NCBI GenBank assembly: GCA_963662285.2
Contig: CAXXMV010000002.1
Coordinates: 480,001 to 544,000, forward strand
Origin: a bacterium
GTDB taxonomy: Bacteria > Hinthialibacterota > Hinthialibacteria > Hinthialibacterales > Hinthialibacteraceae
Reading direction: 5' to 3'
Length of the DNA: 64,000 nucleotides
The notes beneath the pieces were generated by a model. It did not search any database. It was not told the DNA's origin and was given only the letters and a program-made list of their open reading frames with translations. This document shows, one piece after another, positions 9,051 through 18,840 of the stretch (positions are counted from its first letter, which is position 1; every line of letters starts with the position of its first letter). Made by a program: the position numbers and the translations under genes.

Positions 9051-10740
9051 AATTATCAGCGCAAGTTTTCAGCGCATTAAGCAATGGGTCTTTGGCTTCC
9101 AGCGAAATTGCCCGGCGGGCGCTTTGCAACCGATGGATATCGTTCATTAATGTCTCGCGGATTACGTCGCGCACCTGTTGTTGAAATGAGCGTTTGGTTT
9201 TTTCAAATTTCCCCAGGGGCAGAAACTTAAAAATACTGGGTACGAATACCCATGTTCCAAATCCGGGAATGGTCAAAACGTCGGCGATCAATACCGCCGC
9301 CACCACCACCACCAAAAAAGGTTCGTTTTTCAAAGAAGCGGATATAGTGTCGGAAGATATCAAATCCCGGCAATTCTGTTCAAAGGTCTCAACGATTTTT
9401 TGGATATCTACGGCGTATTGTGGTTCATCTTCTTGCTCACTGAGTCCGTAAGAAGCAAAGGCTTCCTTAAACAAACATGAGTCTGGATTCTTTTGAATGG
9501 TATACCTGATGGTTTCCCGATGATCGGAAAGACGCGATATTACCTCTTGATCCAGTTTTGCCTTATCGAGCCGTAAAAGTTGCGATACCACTTCATCCCG
9601 TTTGTTACCAAAAGCCATTTTGAAACTGCGTCTCAATGCCCCGGTAGAGGTTACCCGCTTAAAGAATCGCATCAGATTGCTAATGCTGAACCTTTTAAGC
9701 CCAAGATGCTCCAGCACTTGCTGCGCCTCTTCATTCAAAACGCTCTGAATTGAAATGGGCTTTTCGCTGGATAATTGCTCTTGAATAACCTTTTCCACCT
9801 GTCTCTCAAGATCATAGAACACCCGGTTGCGGCGCTCATTCTCTTCGACAATCTTTTTAGCCGCAGGCGCCATCTTTTTCTTAACAGGACCAATAGAGGC
9901 ATGATTGCCGCTTAAGGCTAAATCGTCGCGGAAACGCAGGAATTCAATTTCATTATCGAAATGCAATTTACTGCCCATATCCGGCAGGACATGAATGGTA
10001 TCAACTCCGAAGAAGGTTTTTACATTTTTTAGATCGGGATGATCTAAATCGATGCGGTCTCTGCCCCGGTTATTGATAACGCAAAGCCGCCGTTGCTGGA
10101 ATTTCTTGGATAAGGCGACCGGCGCCTCATAATCACGGTGATAGAGCGTCTCTTCATCAACCACGAAAACTACCGTGTCCAGCCAGGGCAGCAGCGTTAA
10201 CGCCAGAAGATTATCGTTCAGAGACCGGGTGGTATTGATATCGGGCAAATCGAACAGGACGATTTTGCTCCACTCGCCATTCGAGGTCAAAAGCCAGCGG
10301 ATCGAACCAGGCGCTCCGGCTTCTGACGAGGCCTGATCCAGGGAGATGATATCCCGCTGCCATCCGGGCAGAAAAACTGGAACGAAACTATCTTCGATAT
10401 CCCGCACTGATTGCACGAATTGTTCTGAAGACAGCAAAACCGGACCAGCGGTATTATGCGCCTTCCAGCCAGTAATACAGGCCGCTTTGCCCAGCAAACT
10501 GTTGAAAATAGTAGATTTACCAGTCCCAGTACACCCGATGAAACCAACCAGCGTGGCGCGGTCATCTCCCAAACGCTCCCGGCATACAGCCAGCATCACC
10601 ATATCCAGCAATTGCCCGACATCAGCAATCGGCATGGATAGAGATTTCAACCGCTCCGCAGAGAGGGCGATAGTTTCCAACGCAGATTGGTCTGATTTAG
10701 TATTGTTCATATATTTTTCTTTATATATCATATACGACAA
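9040..10740 (-). CDS. Dynamin-like/YfjP-like GTPase (first of a tandem pair)
   Basis: G1 GCTGTGKST, G3 DLPD, degenerate G4 (NNRG), hydrophobic hairpin near the C-terminus; overlaps its partner by 11 nt. Confidence 0.8.
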   Translation of the reverse strand: MSYMIYKEKYMNNTKSDQSALETIALSAERLKSLSMPIADVGQLLDMVMLAVCRERLGDDRATLVGFIGCTGTGKSTIFNSLLGKAACITGWKAHNTAGPVLLSSEQFVQSVRDIEDSFVPVFLPGWQRDIISLDQASSEAGAPGSIRWLLTSNGEWSKIVLFDLPDINTTRSLNDNLLALTLLPWLDTVVFVVDEETLYHRDYEAPVALSKKFQQRRLCVINNRGRDRIDLDHPDLKNVKTFFGVDTIHVLPDMGSKLHFDNEIEFLRFRDDLALSGNHASIGPVKKKMAPAAKKIVEENERRNRVFYDLERQVEKVIQEQLSSEKPISIQSVLNEEAQQVLEHLGLKRFSISNLMRFFKRVTSTGALRRSFKMAFGNKRDEVVSQLLRLDKAKLDQEVISRLSDHRETIRYTIQKNPDSCLFKEAFASYGLSEQEDEPQYAVDIQKIVETFEQNCRDLISSDTISASLKNEPFLVVVVAAVLIADVLTIPGFGTWVFVPSIFKFLPLGKFEKTKRSFQQQVRDVIRETLMNDIHRLQSARRAISLEAKDPLLNALKTCADNYEN

Positions 10741-10845
10741 TTCATTAAAATTTATTTTAGAGTTTTTTCACACCCATCCAGACATTTTTTTTGAAATTGT
10801 TTTGTTTTGGGGAGGAGAATGGAATTAACTTTAATTGGGGTTGTA

Positions 10846-12471
10846 TTATTTCGTTGTGCGCTTGGAGCGGATGGATTGGGCTTTTGCTTTATACTCTTGG
10901 GCTTCGGCTTCACGTCCGGTGTGCATTAGGAATATAGCAAAATTCTCATATACAATTGCTAAAGTAGGATGATCATCAGGCAAGATTTTTTCAAATATCT
11001 TTCTACACCGTAAAAAAAATGGTTCCGCCTTATCATACTCGCCTTGGGCGTAATAGAGTCCCGCCAAGTTGTTAAGATCAGTAGCCAGATTTGGATGATC
11101 TTGTCCTAAGGCTTTCTCATGAATCTCAATGGCCCGTAAATAAAGCAGTTCGGCCTGCTCATATTTGCCTTGGGCGCTATAGAGACTCGCCAAGTTGTTG
11201 AGGTGAATAGCCAAACTTGGATGATCTTGTCCTAAGGCTTTCTCATGAATCTCAATGGCCCGTAAATAAAGCAGTTCGGCCTGTTCATAGTTGCCTTGAG
11301 CACGATAGAGTCCCGCCAGGTTGTTAATATCTATAGCCAGCCTTGGATGATCTTTTCCTAAGACTTTCTCATCAACCTCAAGGGCCCGTAAATAAAGCGG
11401 TTCGGCCCGTTCATATTCACCTTGGGATTTATAAAGTAACGCCAAGTTGTTGAGATGAGTCGCGAATTGTGGATGCTCTTTTCCTAAGGCTTTCCCATCA
11501 ATCTCAATGGCCCGTAAAAAAAGCGGTTCGGCCTGTTCATATTTGCCTTGGGCGCGATAGAGTTCCGCCAAGTTATTGAGATGAGTCGCGAATTGTGGAT
11601 GATCTTTTCCAAAGGCTTTCTCAACAATCTCAATGGCCCGTAAAAAAAGCGGTTCGGCCTGTTCATATTTGCCTTGGGCATAATAGATTAACGCCAAGTC
11701 GCTTAAATTTTCACCTGAATTAGGAGCATCCGGTTTTTGCAGATAGGATTCAGGTAATTGCTCGAGCATCCATGAACGAAGTTCTCTGGCTTCCAACATT
11801 GCGCCTGCATCATGGAGTGATTTGACTGCTGGAATAACAATTTGCCCTAATATCTCGTTGAATGGAGCATCTTGCTGAAGGGCGATAGCAAAGCGCTCCT
11901 TCAAGTAATCAGTGCGCTTTCGTGCTTCATCAATATTCCCGGTTGGTTTATCAATGGGCTGAAGCATCGATTGCATTTCATAAGATGGAGCAACACTTTC
12001 AGTAAGATGCAAACGTAATACGAACCACGAATCCAGATCCGGCGCGGTGCGAACCAAGTTATCAATGTAATTATCTGAAACCCACCAGATTTGGCGGATG
12101 GAATCTTTAGCTAAATTCTCGCGGTTAAAATTCAAAGCGCGAAGATAATCTTCCATTGGATATTTGGCAACTATAGGGTTTGGGAAACCTGTTATTGAAA
12201 CTACCCCGGAAGAGATGGCGCCTAATTTATCAAGCAGTATACGGGTGAAATCTGAGGGTGACTCATCGGTTGGAAGATGAATCTCATGAAAATCAATGTT
12301 ATCTTTCTGCAGCTGGTTGCGCAGCCGATCTACTAGCTGCATGCGGGAGAATTCAGAAAAATACTGCACTCTCGAAAAGCCTTCATCAGCCCGTTGACAC
12401 CATATTTCCAGGCGGCGAAATATATCGGCTATCGATCCTTCAGCAGGGAGGATTGCTTTATCTTGTTCCAC
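10846..12471 (-). CDS. Tetratricopeptide repeat protein (42-aa kinesin-light-chain-type TPRs) with an N-terminal alpha/beta domain
   Basis: Repeated HP.(F/L)A..LNNLA.LY.AQG.YEQAE.L.LRA.EI; N-terminal LNFNRENL...IWWV...APDLDSW. Confidence 0.9.
   Translation of the reverse strand: MEQDKAILPAEGSIADIFRRLEIWCQRADEGFSRVQYFSEFSRMQLVDRLRNQLQKDNIDFHEIHLPTDESPSDFTRILLDKLGAISSGVVSITGFPNPIVAKYPMEDYLRALNFNRENLAKDSIRQIWWVSDNYIDNLVRTAPDLDSWFVLRLHLTESVAPSYEMQSMLQPIDKPTGNIDEARKRTDYLKERFAIALQQDAPFNEILGQIVIPAVKSLHDAGAMLEARELRSWMLEQLPESYLQKPDAPNSGENLSDLALIYYAQGKYEQAEPLFLRAIEIVEKAFGKDHPQFATHLNNLAELYRAQGKYEQAEPLFLRAIEIDGKALGKEHPQFATHLNNLALLYKSQGEYERAEPLYLRALEVDEKVLGKDHPRLAIDINNLAGLYRAQGNYEQAELLYLRAIEIHEKALGQDHPSLAIHLNNLASLYSAQGKYEQAELLYLRAIEIHEKALGQDHPNLATDLNNLAGLYYAQGEYDKAEPFFLRCRKIFEKILPDDHPTLAIVYENFAIFLMHTGREAEAQEYKAKAQSIRSKRTTK
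11020..11700. repeat. 126-nt coding tandem repeat (TPR units)
   Basis: gccaag/gccagg recurs at 11063, 11189, 11315, 11441, 11567 and 11693, exactly 126 nt apart. Confidence 0.9.
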
Positions 12472-13873
12472 CAGCCACGCTCCCTGAGTCTGCTCTATCC
12501 AATTCTTCTAGATCCGCCAGCAGATCAACCACCAGGGGATGAACGCCATACCACCCCTCGCCGTTAAATTCCTGAACCGCACGGGCGCGCAGCAGCGAAT
12601 GCATTACTTGGTTAGTAATTTTCGTGTCAGGTTTCCCATCATATATTTTGATTAATTGATCGACTTTATCCTTTAAAGAAATTGCCACTTTATCATAAGA
12701 ACTTTCTCCAAGACTCCGTCGATACTCTATTCTCTTATTGTTGATTGACTTGGTTACATCATCTTCAGAAATTGTTTTCACATTCCTCATAATGGCATTA
12801 TCAGTTGCGTACATAACCATCGAAAAGAGGTCGCGCAGATTACCACCCGATGCTGTGATAAGACGGGCAATCTGTCCATCATCAAATAATTTTGCATCCA
12901 TCCGGGCTTCTAAAATTGACTGGATTGCCTTGCGTCCAGCATCATGAACTCTATGATCTTTATCAAAAACAGGAATATCCGGTATACAGAATGGTTTATC
13001 CAGAAGCGATTCAGCCTGTCCTGAATAAGCCAGCGTGACTGGAATAGTTGCAATTATGTGAATGCTCAGGTTCTTTAATATGTTTGAATAAGTGATGAAG
13101 AAATCTTCAACTCGCGCAATGGGAATCCCCGATTTATCGAAATCCTCACCGATAATAAGCCATTCTTTTTCAATAACTTTGTAGAGCAATGCATTGCATT
13201 CATCTAATAACCTATTGGCGAGATTCAGGATCTCAGATATACGGTTTAAGCGGTATTCTACAATTTCCTTCTTCCGGTCAGATGAATATTTCATCTCCCC
13301 CTTTGTCACCGCGAATAATCCTAACACATTAGCCCAAAGCGAACCACCTTCAGCGCCTGCGCCTGCTTCTATGCTCCCAGCGATTCTCGTATCTTTTTCT
13401 AGGGTAACTTTCTCTAAAGCAAACCAATTCAAAACATCGGTCAACAAATTATCCGATAGTTTTTCTTTTGATTTGTTTTCTTTTAAGATTTTTTCGGTCT
13501 GTTCAGCCGTTTCGATCATAATCAACAGCAAAACATCAAACGGCCGGAAACTGACTGGATCGAGTTCATTTGTCACGCTGAAGCGGATCACTTCATACTT
13601 TTCTTCAATACCAAAAGCCAGTTTTGTAAGTTCGGTCGATTTCCCAACTCCAGGATGACCAGCAACTAGGCACTTAAACCGGGAACCCTGAAACGCGCGG
13701 TTCAATCCCAAACTAATACGTTTAACCTTATCTTCACCACGGACATCATTGACCGCACCACGATAAAATGCGTCGAACTCCTCATGCCCGGTTAATGGTT
13801 CAGGAGAAAAATTTTTGAAAACATCATTCAGGTTATCAGCTGGTTTCCAGATTTTGGTTTTATTATTCATCAT
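12458..13873 (-). CDS. P-loop ATPase (AAA+/STAND-related)
   Basis: Walker A GHPGVGKST, Walker B IIGEDFDK, SGGNLRDL, C-terminal WYGVHP; overlaps the TPR gene by 14 nt. Confidence 0.85.
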   Translation of the reverse strand: MMNNKTKIWKPADNLNDVFKNFSPEPLTGHEEFDAFYRGAVNDVRGEDKVKRISLGLNRAFQGSRFKCLVAGHPGVGKSTELTKLAFGIEEKYEVIRFSVTNELDPVSFRPFDVLLLIMIETAEQTEKILKENKSKEKLSDNLLTDVLNWFALEKVTLEKDTRIAGSIEAGAGAEGGSLWANVLGLFAVTKGEMKYSSDRKKEIVEYRLNRISEILNLANRLLDECNALLYKVIEKEWLIIGEDFDKSGIPIARVEDFFITYSNILKNLSIHIIATIPVTLAYSGQAESLLDKPFCIPDIPVFDKDHRVHDAGRKAIQSILEARMDAKLFDDGQIARLITASGGNLRDLFSMVMYATDNAIMRNVKTISEDDVTKSINNKRIEYRRSLGESSYDKVAISLKDKVDQLIKIYDGKPDTKITNQVMHSLLRARAVQEFNGEGWYGVHPLVVDLLADLEELDRADSGSVAGGTR

Positions 13874-13942
13874 TTTTCTTAAAAACAGATTTTTAATATA
13901 CTCATGAGTTTAAGCATACATATATAAACAGTACAAATCAAT

Positions 13943-13980
13943 AAAAAAAGGTGGATCGAAGCGCTTCGTCCACCTTTTTT
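13943..13980. terminator. Bidirectional rho-independent terminator downstream of thiC
   Basis: aaaaaaaggtggatcgaagcgcttcgtccacctttttt. Confidence 0.85.
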
Positions 13981-14006
13981 GGTTCAAATATTGATAACTG
14001 ACTGCA

Positions 14007-15497
<1,491 letters not shown>

Positions 15498-15507
15498 TTA
15501 TTGACTC

Positions 15508-15597
15508 CGTCGCTTTCCTCCGCCGGCATGACCCGGATCAGGTTCGAGGGGTATCTCTTCGGGATTCTCAGGGCTGCATAGCCCACCCCCAGCGATA
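15508..15597 (-). ncRNA. TPP riboswitch
   Basis: Minus strand: atcgctGGGGGTG...CTGAGA...ACCCctcGAACCTGATCCGGGTCATGCCGGCGGAGGAAagcga, directly upstream of thiC. Confidence 0.95.
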
Positions 15598-15607
15598 TCT
15601 AAGTTAC

Positions 15608-15637
15608 ATTATATCTTCCATGACATTTTCCTGTCAA
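15608..15637 (-). promoter_or_regulatory. Sigma-70-type promoter for the TPP riboswitch/thiC transcript
   Basis: TTGACA-18 nt-TATAAT, about 10 nt upstream of the riboswitch. Confidence 0.8.
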
Positions 15638-15692
15638 TGAAGCGTCCCGCTAAGCAGGAAAAGCCATTGGCATGATAACCGCCATAAACATT

Positions 15693-16229
15693 CTACATTG
15701 TCTCGCTATTCAACTGCAAAATATTTGTGCGATAGATTTTGCGGATTTCCAACAGGACGTCGCGGTGGTTGTAATAATCGGGATAGGTCCAGGGCAGTTT
15801 ATGAAAATCATCCCTGGAGAAGGTCATGGTCACCTCGGCGTATATCCCCTGATCCAGGTAGATGCGCTGACTGAAGTTCTTGGTGCTGGCCAGCACCAGA
15901 TTGGCCGCCCCGATATATCCGGGGTCAAGATTGATGGTTCGCTTGCCATTAACCGACTGTACATCTTCGCACTGATTGGAGAGAACTTTCAGATGAACCA
16001 GTTGATTAGGATTGATCAAATCACGCAAAGATACATAACGCCGGATCAGATCAGCCCCCATCTCCCGCTCATAATATCCCGTTTCAACGAACGGAAATTC
16101 AGCGCTCCTATAATCAACCGGGCTGAAGCGCTGCTCGATTTTGCTCAGCGCCATCTCGATATCTTCAGGTCGTTTATACAAAAGACCAATTATCGGTTTT
16201 ACCAAATCCGGTGATGAAATTTCGCCCAA
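15693..16229 (-). CDS. DUF4416 family protein
   Basis: YYEREMG, INLDPGY, LVLASTKNFSQRIYL, GIYAE and LPWTYPDY motifs. Confidence 0.8.
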   Translation of the reverse strand: MGEISSPDLVKPIIGLLYKRPEDIEMALSKIEQRFSPVDYRSAEFPFVETGYYEREMGADLIRRYVSLRDLINPNQLVHLKVLSNQCEDVQSVNGKRTINLDPGYIGAANLVLASTKNFSQRIYLDQGIYAEVTMTFSRDDFHKLPWTYPDYYNHRDVLLEIRKIYRTNILQLNSETM

Positions 16230-16358
16230 GGCAATCTCCTTAAGTTTCTTATGAAGACAAAAATAACCAACTTTGATATTCCGAAGGTTTCATTCGCCAA
16301 ACTAATATAATTATGATAAGATTATTGTAACCACATTGTTAAGAGAACGCAAAAAACC

Positions 16359-17648
16359 ATGATCACTCGCATTCAGGTAATGAATTATAAATCGTTGCGG
16401 CGTCTAGATATACCGATGAGCCGCTTCCATGTCCTGGTTGGGCCAAACGCCAGCGGCAAAAGCGCCTTTTTGGATGTACTATCCTTCTTGCATGATTTCA
16501 TCTCAAAAGACCTCGATTACGCTGTAGAAAAACGAACCGACAATTTCTTCGATCTGGTTTGGGGAAGAGGAAACCAAGGCAACAGTTTTGAAATCACCAT
16601 AGAACTGGATATCCCATCTAGATTTGTAAATGAACAGGATATTAAAGGCATAGCGCGATACGAATTATCGGTTCATTTTAATGACGAAAAGAATGAATAT
16701 GAAATTGCTGAAGAAAGATGTTTTCATAAGAAATCAATGCCTTTTGAATTATACAATGAAATTATATCGCCCTCATTTATTACCAGCGAAGATCAAATCA
16801 ACAAACCTAGATTGATTAAAATCAATCGTAAATATCACGAAAATAAATTGATTAATGAATATGAATTGGAACAGGGATTAGAAACAGGATGCTTTATTTT
16901 TTCTGGGAAATGGAAAACATCAGGTTTAACAATTCCTCCAGATGAGCAATATGAACCATCTTTTCATTGGATTAAAAGAATCCTATTGCATGATATTAAC
17001 GTGTATAATTTCAATTCATTGAAATTCAAGGAAGCGTGCAAACTTGGAACGGGTATTTTTCTTGAATCTGAAGGCTCTAATCTCCCTTGGGTAGTCAAAG
17101 AATTCAAAAAGAAGAATCCTGATTATTTCAATAATTGGCTTACACATATCCAAACATCTTTGCCCGATCTTACCGATATACGCGCTTTCGTCCGTCCGGA
17201 AGACAGGCATTGTTATTTAATGCTCAAGTACAAAAACGGCGTTGAACTTCCTTCCTGGGCTGTTTCAGATGGTACATTACGCCTACTAGCATTAACCCTG
17301 CCCGCATACCTACCCGATAACCAAGGCGTCTATATGTTCGAAGAACCAGAGAATGGCATCCATCCGCAAGCCATCGAAACGGTGATCGATTCACTCAAAT
17401 CTTTCTACAATGGACAGGTTTTGATCACCACCCATTCACCATTAATTCTAAGCCTGGTTAAACCGGAAGATATATTGTGCTTTTGGAGCGATTCAGAAAA
17501 AGGAACCCAAATCACAACCGGGGATAAACATCCAGTGTTGCAGGAATGGAAAAAGAACAAAGACGCCAGCCTGGGCGTCCTCTTTGCATCAGGGATTTTA
17601 GACGGCGAGTGGGGTGACGATGAAAGATCTAGTAGTGCTGGTCTCTGA
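16359..17648 (+). CDS. ABC-type AAA_21 ATPase, MADS MAD3-like
   Basis: Walker A GPNASGKS, signature VSDGTLR, Walker B MFEEPENGIHP, H-loop TTHSP. Confidence 0.85.
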   Translation: MITRIQVMNYKSLRRLDIPMSRFHVLVGPNASGKSAFLDVLSFLHDFISKDLDYAVEKRTDNFFDLVWGRGNQGNSFEITIELDIPSRFVNEQDIKGIARYELSVHFNDEKNEYEIAEERCFHKKSMPFELYNEIISPSFITSEDQINKPRLIKINRKYHENKLINEYELEQGLETGCFIFSGKWKTSGLTIPPDEQYEPSFHWIKRILLHDINVYNFNSLKFKEACKLGTGIFLESEGSNLPWVVKEFKKKNPDYFNNWLTHIQTSLPDLTDIRAFVRPEDRHCYLMLKYKNGVELPSWAVSDGTLRLLALTLPAYLPDNQGVYMFEEPENGIHPQAIETVIDSLKSFYNGQVLITTHSPLILSLVKPEDILCFWSDSEKGTQITTGDKHPVLQEWKKNKDASLGVLFASGILDGEWGDDERSSSAGL

Positions 17649-18249
17649 TAAAAATATGCGTTTTGCATTATTAAGCCTTTTGAAAAGACCTCAATCCTTG
17701 GAAATACGCCCAATTAGATACGATATACCCTCCAATTACCTTCAAAACGATCCCGGCTGCCTAAATAAAAGTCATGAGTTCCTAAGGTCTCAACAGCGAT
17801 TATACAAGCATGGATTAGTAATTTTTGATCATGATGGATGCGGCAAAGAAAAATTTAGCAGAGAAGCAATCGAACAATCCGTTGAACAAAGGTTGCAACA
17901 AAGCGGCTGGGAAGGCAAAGCGGCGGCGATTGTTATTGATCCCGAACTGGAAAATTGGGTTTGGAGCGCATCTCCCCATGTGGCGGACGCTTTAGGCTGG
18001 CAAAACCGTAACGACGAATTGAGGAACTGGTTAGAAGAGGAAGGTTATAAATTCTCTGAACATCATAAACCCAATAATCCCAAAGAGGCCGTAGAAGCTG
18101 CCTTGGAAAAAGCATACTATCCCCGTTCTTCACATATATATGCGCAAATCGCCGATACAGTCAGTCTGCAAAATTGCACAGATCCCGCATTTCTGAAACT
18201 AAAAACCACTCTTAAAACTTGGTTTCCCATAGAAAACAAAATAGTATAA
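17620..18249 (+). CDS. TOPRIM-like partner of the ATPase, MADS MAD4-like
   Basis: MKDLVVLVSDKNM..AL, FDHDG, IDPELENWVW and PKEA motifs; overlaps the end of the ATPase gene. Confidence 0.7.
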   Translation: MKDLVVLVSDKNMRFALLSLLKRPQSLEIRPIRYDIPSNYLQNDPGCLNKSHEFLRSQQRLYKHGLVIFDHDGCGKEKFSREAIEQSVEQRLQQSGWEGKAAAIVIDPELENWVWSASPHVADALGWQNRNDELRNWLEEEGYKFSEHHKPNNPKEAVEAALEKAYYPRSSHIYAQIADTVSLQNCTDPAFLKLKTTLKTWFPIENKIV

Positions 18250-18260
18250 GAAATAATAAT

Positions 18261-18289
18261 TTGACATTTTTCGCTATTTCCCATATACT
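18261..18289 (+). promoter_or_regulatory. Sigma-70-type promoter of hicBA
   Basis: TTGACA-17 nt-TATACT. Confidence 0.75.
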
Positions 18290-18319
18290 TCAGGATGAAT
18301 TTACTAACTTAAAACATTT

Positions 18320-18577
18320 GTGAGCCAAGATATGATTCGCCAATTTACCGTCTTTTTTGAGCCAATAGCAGAAGGTGGATATAATGTGATTGTTCCCTCA
18401 ATCCCGGAAATCTGCACCTTTGGCTCAACCTATGAAGAAGCTAAAGCAATGGTCTCAGACGCGATCCGCTGTTATTTGGAAAGTGCTTTAGAATTGGGCG
18501 AAGAGATTCCATCTGATGTTCATCTTACCCATGAACCGCGCAAGGAATGCGTGTCGATTGAACTAGCCGCACATTGA
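18320..18577 (+). CDS. hicB: HicB family antitoxin (short form)
   Basis: EGGY.V.VP..P...TFG.T.EEA......AI..YLE......EEIP. Confidence 0.9.
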   Translation: MSQDMIRQFTVFFEPIAEGGYNVIVPSIPEICTFGSTYEEAKAMVSDAIRCYLESALELGEEIPSDVHLTHEPRKECVSIELAAH

Positions 18578-18804
18578 TGCCTAAACTCCCTATTCTTAAA
18601 CCAAAGCAAGTTGTCCAGGCTCTGAAACGAGCTGGTTTTGTTGTTCATCACCAAACTGGAAGCCACGCTCGACTCGTCCACGGCGCCATCTCGGAACGAA
18701 AGGTCACTATTCCCATCCACGACAAAGACATTCCTAAAGGGACGCTTGCTAATATAATTCGGCAATCCAGACTAACGATAGATGAATTTCTTGAGTTGCT
18801 ATAA
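18574..18804 (+). CDS. hicA: HicA family mRNA interferase toxin
   Basis: L.RAGF....QTGSH..L, VTIPIH.KDIPKGTL..II.Q. Confidence 0.92.
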   Translation: MMPKLPILKPKQVVQALKRAGFVVHHQTGSHARLVHGAISERKVTIPIHDKDIPKGTLANIIRQSRLTIDEFLELL

Positions 18805-18840
18805 AAGGGATACTAAAAATTATTCGGGTGGACTACAAGT

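Noticed and set aside
11020-11700. 126-nt repeats as a CRISPR array or DGR template/variable repeats
   Set aside because: They are contiguous coding TPR units, and there is no reverse transcriptase or cas gene in the window.
15672-16214. 180-aa + strand ORF
   Set aside because: Antisense to the DUF4416 gene, which has recognisable motifs.
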